This document shows, piece after piece, positions 36,613 through 45,214 of a stretch of DNA of 64,000 nt. The stretch comes from Actinomycetota bacterium (lineage in GTDB: Bacteria; Actinomycetota; Acidimicrobiia; Acidimicrobiales; Ilumatobacteraceae), in contig RGCG01000003.1 of assembly GCA_009919275.1 (NCBI GenBank), forward strand, positions 5,455-69,454, written 5' to 3'. Each line of letters begins with the position of its first letter. Positions within the stretch are counted from its first letter, which is position 1. The notes below the pieces were generated by a model that was given only the letters and a program-made list of their open reading frames with translations, had not been told where the DNA came from and ran no database searches. The translations under genes and the position numbers were made by a program.

Positions 36613-38590
36613 CGGCGTCGCGGGCCCCGTCGGTCGCGGCGCGCTCCTCGTGGGCGTCGTCGCTGCGGCATTCGGTGCAATCGCAGCAATCACGGCGGCA
36701 CGCGAGTCGGCACGGGGAGAAATCCCACGAACCGCGCGACTCGTGCCGCGTTTCGTCGGCTTGTCGTTGCTCGCCGCGTTGGGTGCAATCGTTGCCATGG
36801 AGTGGGCGATGATCACCCGCGATTTCTCCTTGCAATACGTGCAGGACCACGGATCGCGGTCGACGCCGGCGCTCTACAACTTCACCGCCGTGTGGAGCGC
36901 CCTCGAGGGGTCGATCCTGCTGTGGATTTTCGCACTTGCCCTCTCGGCGGGACTCGTGGCGTGGCGTTACCGACGTCGGCTCGACGACCAACTCATCACA
37001 TGGGCCATCGCGGTCATCTGCATCGTGATGGTCTTCTTCTTCATCCTCAGCTTCGGGCCCGCGAACCCGTTTGCGGCAGGTGCCCCCGGAGTGACGGACG
37101 GGCCGGGACCCAATCCGTTGCTCCAGAACCACATCCTCGTTCTTTTTCATCCGCCGATCCTCTACCTCGGATACGTGGGGTTCACCGTGCCCTTCGCATT
37201 CGCCATTGCGGCGTTGATCACCGGACGGGTCGGAGAGGGATGGCTGCTCGAGACGCGCCGCTGGACTCTCTTCGCCTGGGGATTCCTCACCGTCGGAATC
37301 ATCCTCGGTGGTTGGTGGAGCTACGAAGTGCTCGGGTGGTCGGGTGTCTGGGCGTGGGACCCCGTCGAAAACGCCAGCCTTCTGCCGTGGCTCACCGGTA
37401 CCGCGTACATCCACTCGGTGCTCGTGCAGGAACGTCGTGGGATGTTGCGCGTTTGGAATCTCTCGCTTCTTCTCGCGACGTTCAGCCTGACGATTCTCGG
37501 CACGTTCCTCACGCGCTCGGGTGTCCTGAACAGCGTGCACGCATTCAGCGAAAGCGACATCGGGTCGTATTTGCTCGTTTTCTTCGGAATCATCGTTCTC
37601 GTCTCGCTCGTTCTCATCGGCTGGCGCGGCGACGCATTGCGGTCGCCCGGTGCGATCGACTCACCCGTATCGCGCGAGGGAGCATTTCTCGCGAACAACG
37701 TGCTCTTCAGTGTGTTCGCATTCATCGTGCTGCTCGGCACGGTCTTTCCGCTCGTGATCGAGGCCCTGCAGGACAGACAGATATCGGTGGCCGAACCCTT
37801 CTTCGACCGACTCTCGATCCCGATCGGCATTGCCATACTCGCCCTCATGTGCATCGCGCCGGTCCTGCCGTGGCGGAAGGCATCGACCGAATTGCTGCGC
37901 GACCGGCTCTTCTGGCCGGCTTGGTGCGGAATCGGCGCGCTCGTGGCCGGAATCGTGTCAGGAGCCGACGGCCTTGCGCCGCTTCTTGCCTTTGCTCTCG
38001 GAGGGTTTTCCGGTGGTGCGGCTCTCCGTCAGGTCGTTCTCGCGACGCGGCGTCAGGGATGGCGAGGCCTCGTTGGCCGAGCCAACGGCGGCATGATCGT
38101 GCACATCGGGGTCATTCTCATCGCCGTGGCGCTGTCGGCATCGAATGCGTACACGCAATCACAAGAGCTTCGCCTGAGTGTCGGCACGCCCGCGACGTTC
38201 GCCGGTCATACCTTCGAACTTGTCGGCTTCCGCGAGGAAAAAGACGACCGAAGCACGGCAGTGAAAGCTCTGGTGTCGGTCGATGGCGGCCAGGCGTATG
38301 CACCCGCAATCACCAAGTTCCTGAACATGGGCATGAACGTCGGAACACCGTCGGTGAAGACAACATGGCGCTACGACATCTATCTCACACTCGAGCCGCC
38401 CGTGAAGATGGACTCTGGCGAGGCGCGCATCAAGGTGTTCGTGAAGCCCCTCATCATGTGGCTCTGGATCGGTGGCGGCCTCATGGCCGTCGGAACGATT
38501 TTGGCGGCGTTCCCCGGGCGTCGTCGGCGCCGTCCCACTGATCCGACGTCGGCACCCGTTCCCGTCGGCGAAGGGCGAGTGACGACATGA
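36590..38590 (+). CDS. ccmF: Cytochrome c heme lyase subunit CcmF
   Basis: The length is 666 aa and the protein is multi-TM. The WWD motif is GGWWSYEVLGWSGVWAWDPVENASLLPW. Confidence 0.9.
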   Translation: MPAAVWASGVAGPVGRGALLVGVVAAAFGAIAAITAARESARGEIPRTARLVPRFVGLSLLAALGAIVAMEWAMITRDFSLQYVQDHGSRSTPALYNFTAVWSALEGSILLWIFALALSAGLVAWRYRRRLDDQLITWAIAVICIVMVFFFILSFGPANPFAAGAPGVTDGPGPNPLLQNHILVLFHPPILYLGYVGFTVPFAFAIAALITGRVGEGWLLETRRWTLFAWGFLTVGIILGGWWSYEVLGWSGVWAWDPVENASLLPWLTGTAYIHSVLVQERRGMLRVWNLSLLLATFSLTILGTFLTRSGVLNSVHAFSESDIGSYLLVFFGIIVLVSLVLIGWRGDALRSPGAIDSPVSREGAFLANNVLFSVFAFIVLLGTVFPLVIEALQDRQISVAEPFFDRLSIPIGIAILALMCIAPVLPWRKASTELLRDRLFWPAWCGIGALVAGIVSGADGLAPLLAFALGGFSGGAALRQVVLATRRQGWRGLVGRANGGMIVHIGVILIAVALSASNAYTQSQELRLSVGTPATFAGHTFELVGFREEKDDRSTAVKALVSVDGGQAYAPAITKFLNMGMNVGTPSVKTTWRYDIYLTLEPPVKMDSGEARIKVFVKPLIMWLWIGGGLMAVGTILAAFPGRRRRRPTDPTSAPVPVGEGRVTT

Positions 38591-39150
38591 ACGGGGCGTC
38601 ACGTCTTGCCCGACGTCTCGTTCCCGTCGTTGGCATCGTGCTTGTTGCCTTTTTCGTCGTCCTGGCGGTGTCGAAGCCGCGGGGCGAGGCCGAAGTCTCG
38701 TCTCCGCTCATCGGGAATCCCGCCCCTGCAGTGCAGTCGACGATCATCGGTGGGGGCGACTTCGACCTGGCGCGACGCAAGGGTTCCTGGGTGGTGCTCA
38801 ACTTCTTCAATTCGACCTGTGTGCCGTGTCGCAACGAACACCCCGAGCTCATCAAGTTCGCGGATGAACAGACCTCGCTTGCTGACGGTGCCGAACTTTT
38901 CACCGTGGTGAACGATGATTCCGACGAAGCGGTGTCGGCGTTCTTCAACGAAAAAGGTGGCGACTGGGACAAGGTCCGGGACCCCGACGGCACGATCGCC
39001 GTCGCATTCGGCGTGGCAAAGGTGCCCGAGACGTGGGTCATCGACCCCTCTGGTTTCGTTCGTATGCGGGTCGCCGGGGAAGTGACCGCATCACTGCTCT
39101 CAACGCGCATCGCTGCGATGCGAGACATGTTGAATGGACTTGGTTCATGA
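38587..39150 (+). CDS. ccmG: Thiol:disulfide oxidoreductase CcmG/DsbE (TlpA/ResA-like thioredoxin fold)
   Basis: The N-terminal TM anchor, WVVLNFFNSTCVPCRNEHPEL (CxxC) and GVAKVPETWVIDPSG are present. Confidence 0.85.
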   Translation: MNGASRLARRLVPVVGIVLVAFFVVLAVSKPRGEAEVSSPLIGNPAPAVQSTIIGGGDFDLARRKGSWVVLNFFNSTCVPCRNEHPELIKFADEQTSLADGAELFTVVNDDSDEAVSAFFNEKGGDWDKVRDPDGTIAVAFGVAKVPETWVIDPSGFVRMRVAGEVTASLLSTRIAAMRDMLNGLGS

Positions 39151-39629
39151 AGCGGTTGAAGGGGCGTCTCGCCTGGTCGATGATGGGCGTGCTCGCGGCG
39201 GTTCTGCTCGCCTTCGGCGCCACGCGCTCATCGGGGCCCTCCACGCAGGAAGAGCGCATCGACGCGATCTCAAAGCGACTCGCGTGCCCCACATGCAACG
39301 GAGAGAGCATCTACGTCAGCAGGGCCTCGGCAGCCGAGTCGATCCGCAACGAAATCGCGCGGCAGGTGGCGGCGGGGCAACGTGTCGATGACGAGATCGT
39401 TGCCTACATCGAATCGCGATTCCCGGGAAGTCTCCTCCTGCCCCCGGGTGAGGGAGTCGACTCACTCGTTTGGATCCTTCCCGTCGTTGCGTTGGTCTGT
39501 GGATTCGGCGGACTCGTGGTTGTGTTCCGGAAGTGGAAGCGAGAGGGCGATGTGCAGGCCAACGCCGACGATGCGGGAGTCGTCGCCGCGGCGCTCAGGG
39601 ACTACGAAGACCCCACCGAAGGACTCTGA
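39147..39629 (+). CDS. ccmH: Cytochrome c-type biogenesis protein CcmH (NrfF-like)
   Basis: The signal/TM segment, LACPTCNGESI (CxxC) and a C-terminal TM are present. The ATG overlaps the ccmG stop (ATGA). Confidence 0.8.
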   Translation: MKRLKGRLAWSMMGVLAAVLLAFGATRSSGPSTQEERIDAISKRLACPTCNGESIYVSRASAAESIRNEIARQVAAGQRVDDEIVAYIESRFPGSLLLPPGEGVDSLVWILPVVALVCGFGGLVVVFRKWKREGDVQANADDAGVVAAALRDYEDPTEGL

Positions 39630-39643
39630 GTCGGGTGATTGGC

Positions 39644-40393
39644 ATGGATGCGGAAATGGACGACACCACGCGGAGCAACCTCGAGGAGCAACGGGACTTT
39701 CTCCTCGCATCACTGCGTGACCTCGAACGCGAGCGTGCTGCGGGCGATGTTGACGATGCCGACTACGAGGCGCTGAGCAGCAGTTACACGGCACGCGCTG
39801 CCGACATCATTCGGCGTCTCGAGGCAGGCGCAGCACCCCACAACCCGCCTGTCGAAGGTGCGATGCGACGCAAGCGCACTTCCCGTCGGGTTCTCGGAGC
39901 GATCGCCGTCGTCGCGGTGGCTGCCGTTCTTGGGGTCTTTGTGGCGCGCCAGAGCGGTCAGCGTCTGCCCGGTGAAACCGCCTCGGGAGGAATCGCGGAC
40001 AGTACGGCCAACAAGTTGGCTCAGGCGCGACAGCTGAATTTCAACGATCCAATCACGGCGATCAACATCTATACCGACGTCTTGAAAGTCGACCCCGACA
40101 ACGTTGAGGCGTTGACCTACCGTTCCTGGTTGCTCGCATTGACCGCGCGTGATGCCGAAGCGGCTGTGCGTGATGTGGCCGTGCAAACCGCGATCCTCGG
40201 GCTCGGTCGCGCCACTCTGCTCGACGACACGTATCCCGATGCCCACTGCTTCCTCGGCATCGTCAGTTACAGATTCGTCAATGACGTGGCAACGGCGAAG
40301 CGAGAGCTTGCGAAATGCGAAGCGGCGGATCCTCCGGCGCAGGTGAAGGGTTTCGTCGACGCAATAGTTGCCGAAATCGAAGCGGCTGGGTGA
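39644..40393 (+). CDS. CcmI/CycH-like TM plus TPR-like protein (tentative)
   Basis: It has a central TM (VLGAIAVVAVAAVLGVFVA) and a TPR-like C-terminal region (INIYTDVLKVDPDNVEALTYRSWLL). It lies directly after ccmH. Confidence 0.55.
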   Translation: MDAEMDDTTRSNLEEQRDFLLASLRDLERERAAGDVDDADYEALSSSYTARAADIIRRLEAGAAPHNPPVEGAMRRKRTSRRVLGAIAVVAVAAVLGVFVARQSGQRLPGETASGGIADSTANKLAQARQLNFNDPITAINIYTDVLKVDPDNVEALTYRSWLLALTARDAEAAVRDVAVQTAILGLGRATLLDDTYPDAHCFLGIVSYRFVNDVATAKRELAKCEAADPPAQVKGFVDAIVAEIEAAG

Positions 40394-40403
40394 GAATCGC
40401 GTC

Positions 40404-41015
40404 ATGGGTTTCTTCGACCGCAATCGGGAAGACGTCGCCGCGCAGGGCTATGACCCTGCGCGTCTTCCGCCGGGCCAATACCTCACCGACAGGTTCCCCG
40501 TTCTCCACGTCGGTGACGTTCCGGAGTACGCGCCGGGGGAATGGAACATGCGTGTCTTTGGAGAAGTCGACAATGAATTCACGCTGTCGTTCGACGAACT
40601 GACGTCGCTGCCGAGCGTCGACATCACAACCGACATTCACTGTGTCACCAAATGGTCCAAGTTCGACACCACGTGGAAGGGGGTGCGTGTCCGCGACCTT
40701 CTCGCTCGTGCGGGCATGCGTTCAACTGCGACCCACTTCGTTGGTCATGCCGAGTTCGGTTACACGGCGAACCTGCCGCTGGCCGACGTGCTGCGCGACG
40801 ATGCGCTTGTCGTGTGGGAGTACGAGGGTGAAGCAATCGAGCCGATTCACGGCGGGCCGGTGCGACTCGTGGTGCCGCACCTGTACTTCTGGAAGTCACC
40901 GAAGTGGCTGCGCGGCATCGAGGTGCGCGTCGGTGACGTTGCCGGATTCTGGGAGCGCAACGGCTACCACATGTACGGCGATCCGTTTCGAGAACAGCGG
41001 TTCTGGGGCGACTAG
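40404..41015 (+). CDS. Small sulfite-oxidase-fold molybdopterin-binding oxidoreductase, with no visible signal peptide
   Basis: DIHCVTKWS (Mo-ligand Cys context) and GGPVRLVVPHLYFWKSPKWLRGIE are present. The ATG at 40404 is in the frame of the 40368 ORF. Confidence 0.7.
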   Translation: MGFFDRNREDVAAQGYDPARLPPGQYLTDRFPVLHVGDVPEYAPGEWNMRVFGEVDNEFTLSFDELTSLPSVDITTDIHCVTKWSKFDTTWKGVRVRDLLARAGMRSTATHFVGHAEFGYTANLPLADVLRDDALVVWEYEGEAIEPIHGGPVRLVVPHLYFWKSPKWLRGIEVRVGDVAGFWERNGYHMYGDPFREQRFWGD

Positions 41016-41782
41016 ACCGTCGTTGCGCAAAAGGTGTCGCCCTGCGGGAGCGACGCCTGCAGTTCGGGGCTCGTATCGCCATAAAGCGCGCCGAGCATTC
41101 CCTTCACCATGCCACGGTCGACGGCGCAGATGACCGGGTGCGCGATCGCGACGTCACCGAACGGGCAGTGGTTGTTGACGATTCGCAGTTGATTGTTGCG
41201 TTGGTCTGCATGTGCAGCGAAGCCGTGAGCGGTGAGGGCGTCGGCAACCGCCTGCATCGCGGTGCGCAGCGAGCGCTGTCCGACCGCGAGGTCGTCGCCG
41301 ACGAGCCCGCTGGCCAGCGCACGGCCGTACTGGGCGCCGACCTCTTCGGCCATGGCTTCGGCTCTGTCGCGGGGCAAGTGCTCGAGCGCCTTGCCAAGAA
41401 GACTGAGCACGAGGTCATCGCTGCGGACCTGTGACTCGAGGGGCGACGGACCGATTGATCGGTAGTGCTTCGACGGCCGACCCGCGCCGCCACCATGGGG
41501 CTTTTCCACGTTTGCCTCGACGTAGCCACCCGCGGCCAACTTGTCGAGGTGATGTCGAGCGACATTCGGGTGCAGGTCGAACTTCTCGGCGACCTGCGAT
41601 GCGGTGACTCCGCCCGACTCGCGGCCCGTCGAATTCTCGCGCACGAAGAGGTACACGGCGCGCCGAGTCGGGTCGCCGAATGCGGAAGTGATGGCGGTCA
41701 CCGTCGCGGTGAACGAGCCGGGTGACATCTGCGCGTCGGAGGCACTGCTTTGTCCCGTTGCGGTGATGCGTCCGGTGGCCAC
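41012..41782 (-). CDS. ArsR-type winged-helix regulator with a C-terminal Cys-containing sensor domain (SufR-like, tentative)
   Basis: FGDPTRRAVYLFV...ASQVAEKFDLHPNVARHHLDKLAAGGYV is the wHTH. The C-terminal region CPFGDVAIAHPVIC...FC carries the cysteines. The gene is divergent from mrp/apbC. Confidence 0.6.
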   Translation of the reverse strand: MATGRITATGQSSASDAQMSPGSFTATVTAITSAFGDPTRRAVYLFVRENSTGRESGGVTASQVAEKFDLHPNVARHHLDKLAAGGYVEANVEKPHGGGAGRPSKHYRSIGPSPLESQVRSDDLVLSLLGKALEHLPRDRAEAMAEEVGAQYGRALASGLVGDDLAVGQRSLRTAMQAVADALTAHGFAAHADQRNNQLRIVNNHCPFGDVAIAHPVICAVDRGMVKGMLGALYGDTSPELQASLPQGDTFCATTV

Positions 41783-41868
41783 GGAGGTATTCTACCTACG
41801 GCGATAGTGCAAATTCCTCGCACTCTTGCTCGCACCATTCCTCGTAGCCCCTCGCGAAGGACCTCCCC

Positions 41869-43014
41869 ATGGCACTTTCCACCGACGCCGTCATCGAACT
41901 ACTTCGGCCCGTGCAGGATCCCGAACTGCATCGCTCGATTGTCGATCTCGGAATGGTGCGCGACGTCACCATCGGGCGCAAAGGTGAGGTGTCGCTGACG
42001 GTTGTTCTCACGATCGCGGGCTGTCCGTTGCGCAATGAAATCCAGAATCGTGTGAACACCGCGCTCGCTACTCATCCCGAGGTTTCGTCGGTGAAGCTCG
42101 ACTTCGGCGTGATGAACGATGCCGAGCGTGAAAACGTCCGCCGCATGGTGCATGGCGACGCGGCGGCCACGGCCGGAAGCAGCCAGGCACACGGACACGC
42201 CGAGGGCCGCGCCATTCCGTTCTCACAACCCGGGTCGAAGACGCGACCCCTTCTCATCTCTTCCGGCAAGGGTGGTGTCGGCAAGAGCAGCGTCACGACG
42301 AACCTTGCCGTGGCCCTGGCCGCACGCGGGCATTCCGTGGGCATCGTCGACGCCGACATCTACGGCTTTTCGATTCCCCGCATGTTGGGGGCCGATCGCG
42401 ATCCCGTTGTCATCGACCAGATGCTCCTCCCGCCCGAATCGTGGGGAGTGCGTTGCATTTCGATTGGCTATTTCGTTCCCGATGGCCAGGCGGTCATTTG
42501 GCGCGGACCAATGCTGCACAAGGCCCTCGAACAGTTTCTCACCGACGTTTTCTGGGATGACCCCGACTATCTCCTCATCGACATGCCGCCCGGAACGGGT
42601 GACATTGCGCTCAGCCTCAGTCAGTACCTGCCACGTGGCGAGGTGTACGTCGTCACGACGCCACAGCCCGCGGCACAGAAGGTGGCCCGCCTGTCGGCCG
42701 CGATGGCCGCAAAGGTGAATCTTCCCGTACGCGGAATCATCGAGAACATGTCGTGGTTCACCGGCGATGACGGCAAGCGCTACGAAATCTTCGGTTCCGG
42801 TGGCGGGGAAGAGTTGGCGAATGAACTGGGTGTGCCCCTGCTCGCGCGCATCCCGCTGGTACCCACGTTGCGCAAGGGCGGCGACGATGGCCGTCCCATT
42901 GCGGCGGTCGACCCCGACAGCGAAGCAGGTCGGGCCTTTCACGACCTTGCCGCGGAAATCACCACCACGCTGCGTCCGAAGAAGATCTTCAACTCCGAAC
43001 TCAAGATCTCCTGA
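41869..43014 (+). CDS. apbC: Mrp/NBP35/ApbC-family Fe-S cluster carrier ATPase with an N-terminal DUF59 (MIP18-like) domain
   Basis: The DUF59-like N-terminus is LRPVQDPELHRSIVDLGMV...IAGCPL. The P-loop is SGKGGVGKSS, followed by DMPPGTGD and the Cys-containing ENMSWF region. Confidence 0.85.
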   Translation: MALSTDAVIELLRPVQDPELHRSIVDLGMVRDVTIGRKGEVSLTVVLTIAGCPLRNEIQNRVNTALATHPEVSSVKLDFGVMNDAERENVRRMVHGDAAATAGSSQAHGHAEGRAIPFSQPGSKTRPLLISSGKGGVGKSSVTTNLAVALAARGHSVGIVDADIYGFSIPRMLGADRDPVVIDQMLLPPESWGVRCISIGYFVPDGQAVIWRGPMLHKALEQFLTDVFWDDPDYLLIDMPPGTGDIALSLSQYLPRGEVYVVTTPQPAAQKVARLSAAMAAKVNLPVRGIIENMSWFTGDDGKRYEIFGSGGGEELANELGVPLLARIPLVPTLRKGGDDGRPIAAVDPDSEAGRAFHDLAAEITTTLRPKKIFNSELKIS

Positions 43015-43064
43015 GGTCACGGGTCGACTGCCCACGTTGGTTCACTGCCTTATAGGGTGAATGC

Positions 43065-43295
43065 ATGGAAATCCGCATCGGTATGAGCCAAGTTGGTCGT
43101 GAAGTCGTCGTCGATGTCGACGACGCGAATCGCGAGGAATTGAAGGCCGCCGTCGGTGCCGCACTTTCGGGCGCGACCGACACGCTGTGGATCACCGACA
43201 AGAAGGGTCGCGAAGTTGCGGTGCCGGGGGCGAAGATCGCATTCGTCGAGTTCGGGTCTCCCGAAAGTGCCCGCAAGATCGGCTTCGGAGACTAG
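43065..43295 (+). CDS. DUF3107-family small protein
   Basis: The length is 76 aa. MEIRIGMSQVGREVVVDV...LWITDKKGREVAVPGAKIAFVEFG matches the conserved actinobacterial DUF3107 pattern as I recall it. Confidence 0.65.
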   Translation: MEIRIGMSQVGREVVVDVDDANREELKAAVGAALSGATDTLWITDKKGREVAVPGAKIAFVEFGSPESARKIGFGD

Positions 43296-44134
43296 AACTG
43301 CTGCGCATTTCCGACCGTCGTCTGCTGTTCGTCACGGGCAAGGGGGGCGTCGGGAAGTCCACCATCGCCGCGTCCGTTGCGAAGGTTGCGGCACGACGGG
43401 GAAAGCGAACGCTTTTCGTCTCGATGGACGGGAAAGAGCCGCCCTGCACCGCGACGACCAATCTCACGACCGTCGTTTACAGCACCGAAGAAGCGTTGCG
43501 GGAGTACATCCGAATCTACGTTCGAATCCCACTTGTTTCGCGGCTGGGTCTTCTCGCCCAAACGCTTGACTTCGTCGCGGATGCGGCTCCCGGTGTGAAG
43601 GAGATTCTCGCGGTTGGAAAAGTTTGCTACGAGGTGCGGGCAAACAACTTCGATCTCGTGGTAGTTGATGCAGAGAGCTCCGGCCACATCGCAAGCCAAC
43701 TTGCGACACCCAGAACCATCCGCTCGTTGGCGCAGGTCGGAATGTTGCGCGAACAGACGGACTGGATGATCGAGATGTTGTCGGATGCCGCCACGACCGG
43801 TGTCGTGATCGTCACGACCCCCGAGGAAAGTCCGGTTGATGAGACAATCGATCTCGCGGCGTCCGTGCGCCGTGAGGCACGCGTCGCGGTGCCGCTCGTC
43901 GTCGTCAATCGGATGCCTCCGCCACCACCACGTGACGGTGCTTCGATCGCTCCGCGCATCACCGCAACAATGGCGGGTCGTCACGAGTTGGCGGTCGAAC
44001 AAGTGCGGCGACTCGGAGAACAGGTCGCCTCGGGCGCCGACACGGAGGTTGTCATCGTTCCACGCGTTGCCAACGACGACGTCATTGACTCGGTTGCGAC
44101 CGTGCTCGAGGAAGAATTCGGCGAGGGACTGTGA
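43187..44134 (+). CDS. ArsA/Get3-like P-loop ATPase (first of a pair); true start unclear
   Basis: LLFVTGKGGVGKSTIAA (P-loop) begins about 43330, and DLVVVDAESSGH follows. There is no ATG, GTG or TTG between the DUF3107 stop (43293-43295) and the P-loop. The only ATG (43187) overlaps DUF3107 by 109 nt. Confidence 0.65.
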   Translation: MDHRQEGSRSCGAGGEDRIRRVRVSRKCPQDRLRRLELLRISDRRLLFVTGKGGVGKSTIAASVAKVAARRGKRTLFVSMDGKEPPCTATTNLTTVVYSTEEALREYIRIYVRIPLVSRLGLLAQTLDFVADAAPGVKEILAVGKVCYEVRANNFDLVVVDAESSGHIASQLATPRTIRSLAQVGMLREQTDWMIEMLSDAATTGVVIVTTPEESPVDETIDLAASVRREARVAVPLVVVNRMPPPPPRDGASIAPRITATMAGRHELAVEQVRRLGEQVASGADTEVVIVPRVANDDVIDSVATVLEEEFGEGL

Positions 44135-45183
44135 ATACGCCGCGCGTCATCGTCGTCACCGGCGCCGGTGGTGTGGGAAAGACCACATTTTCCGCAGCGC
44201 TCGCGGCGCACTTGGCCGAAACCGGCGACGTGCGCGTTCTTCTCATCACGGTCGACCCCGCACGCCGACTTGCATCGTCGATGGGCGTGGTGGCCGAGGG
44301 GAACGACATCGTCGAGGTCGGCGGTGACGGGCCGTCGTTTTGGGTCTCGATGCTCGACACCCAGCAGGGTTGGGACTCGCTGGTCGAGCGGGTGGCGCCG
44401 AACCGAGCCGTGGCGGATCGGGTTCTCGCCAACGCTCTCTACCGGAACATCACCGGGCGTTTCGTCAACAGTCACGACTACATCGCAGTCGAGCGTCTCT
44501 GGGAAGTTGCCCGGTCGGAGCGATTCAACGTGATCGTGGTCGACACACCTCCCTCGCGGAACGCACTCAGTGTCATCGACGCGGCCGAGCGCATGCGGGA
44601 CTTTTTCGCCAGCCGTTTGCTGCGGTGGCTCACGCTTCCGGCGTCGAATCGCTTGGTCGCGGTCACTTCGCGTCCGTTCTTCGCGGTCGCGGATCGGGTG
44701 CTTGGCGCGCGGTTTCTCACCGATGTGTCGGAGTTCTTCGCACTCTTCAGGTTGATGGAGCCCACGTTCACGGCCCACGCGCGCGACGTTGAACGACTGC
44801 TCCGCGAGGAATCAACCGAATTCTTGGTGGTGACGACCGCCGAGCCGGCACCGATCAACGAGGCCGACTTTCTTGCGGCGGAGCTCAGCGATCGGGGACT
44901 GCGCCTGTCGGGGCTCGTCGTGAACCGAACGGTTGCGCGGGACACGAAGCGGGAAGTCGCGGAACTCTCGGCGACCGTGCACAGTGGTGACCTGGTCGAC
45001 GCAATTGCCGAGATTCAAGCCGCGGTCGAACGCGAAGACGAGGCCTGTCGGGCCCTTGCGATGCGGCATGGATGTCCCGTGACGCGCATCGATGAAGCGG
45101 GGGAGCCGGTGAACGACGTCGCGGGGGTACGACGGTTGGCCGCCCTCGTCGATGTTCATGGCGGCTGGTCCCCGATGTCCTAG
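44131..45183 (+). CDS. ArsA/Get3-like P-loop ATPase (second of the pair)
   Basis: IVVTGAGGVGKTTFSAALA, VIVVDTPPSRNAL and VVNR are present. It overlaps the preceding gene by 4 nt. Confidence 0.8.
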   Translation: MNTPRVIVVTGAGGVGKTTFSAALAAHLAETGDVRVLLITVDPARRLASSMGVVAEGNDIVEVGGDGPSFWVSMLDTQQGWDSLVERVAPNRAVADRVLANALYRNITGRFVNSHDYIAVERLWEVARSERFNVIVVDTPPSRNALSVIDAAERMRDFFASRLLRWLTLPASNRLVAVTSRPFFAVADRVLGARFLTDVSEFFALFRLMEPTFTAHARDVERLLREESTEFLVVTTAEPAPINEADFLAAELSDRGLRLSGLVVNRTVARDTKREVAELSATVHSGDLVDAIAEIQAAVEREDEACRALAMRHGCPVTRIDEAGEPVNDVAGVRRLAALVDVHGGWSPMS

Positions 45184-45214
45184 CTGGGGCCGTCGTCTCG
45201 GGCAGACTTCATTC

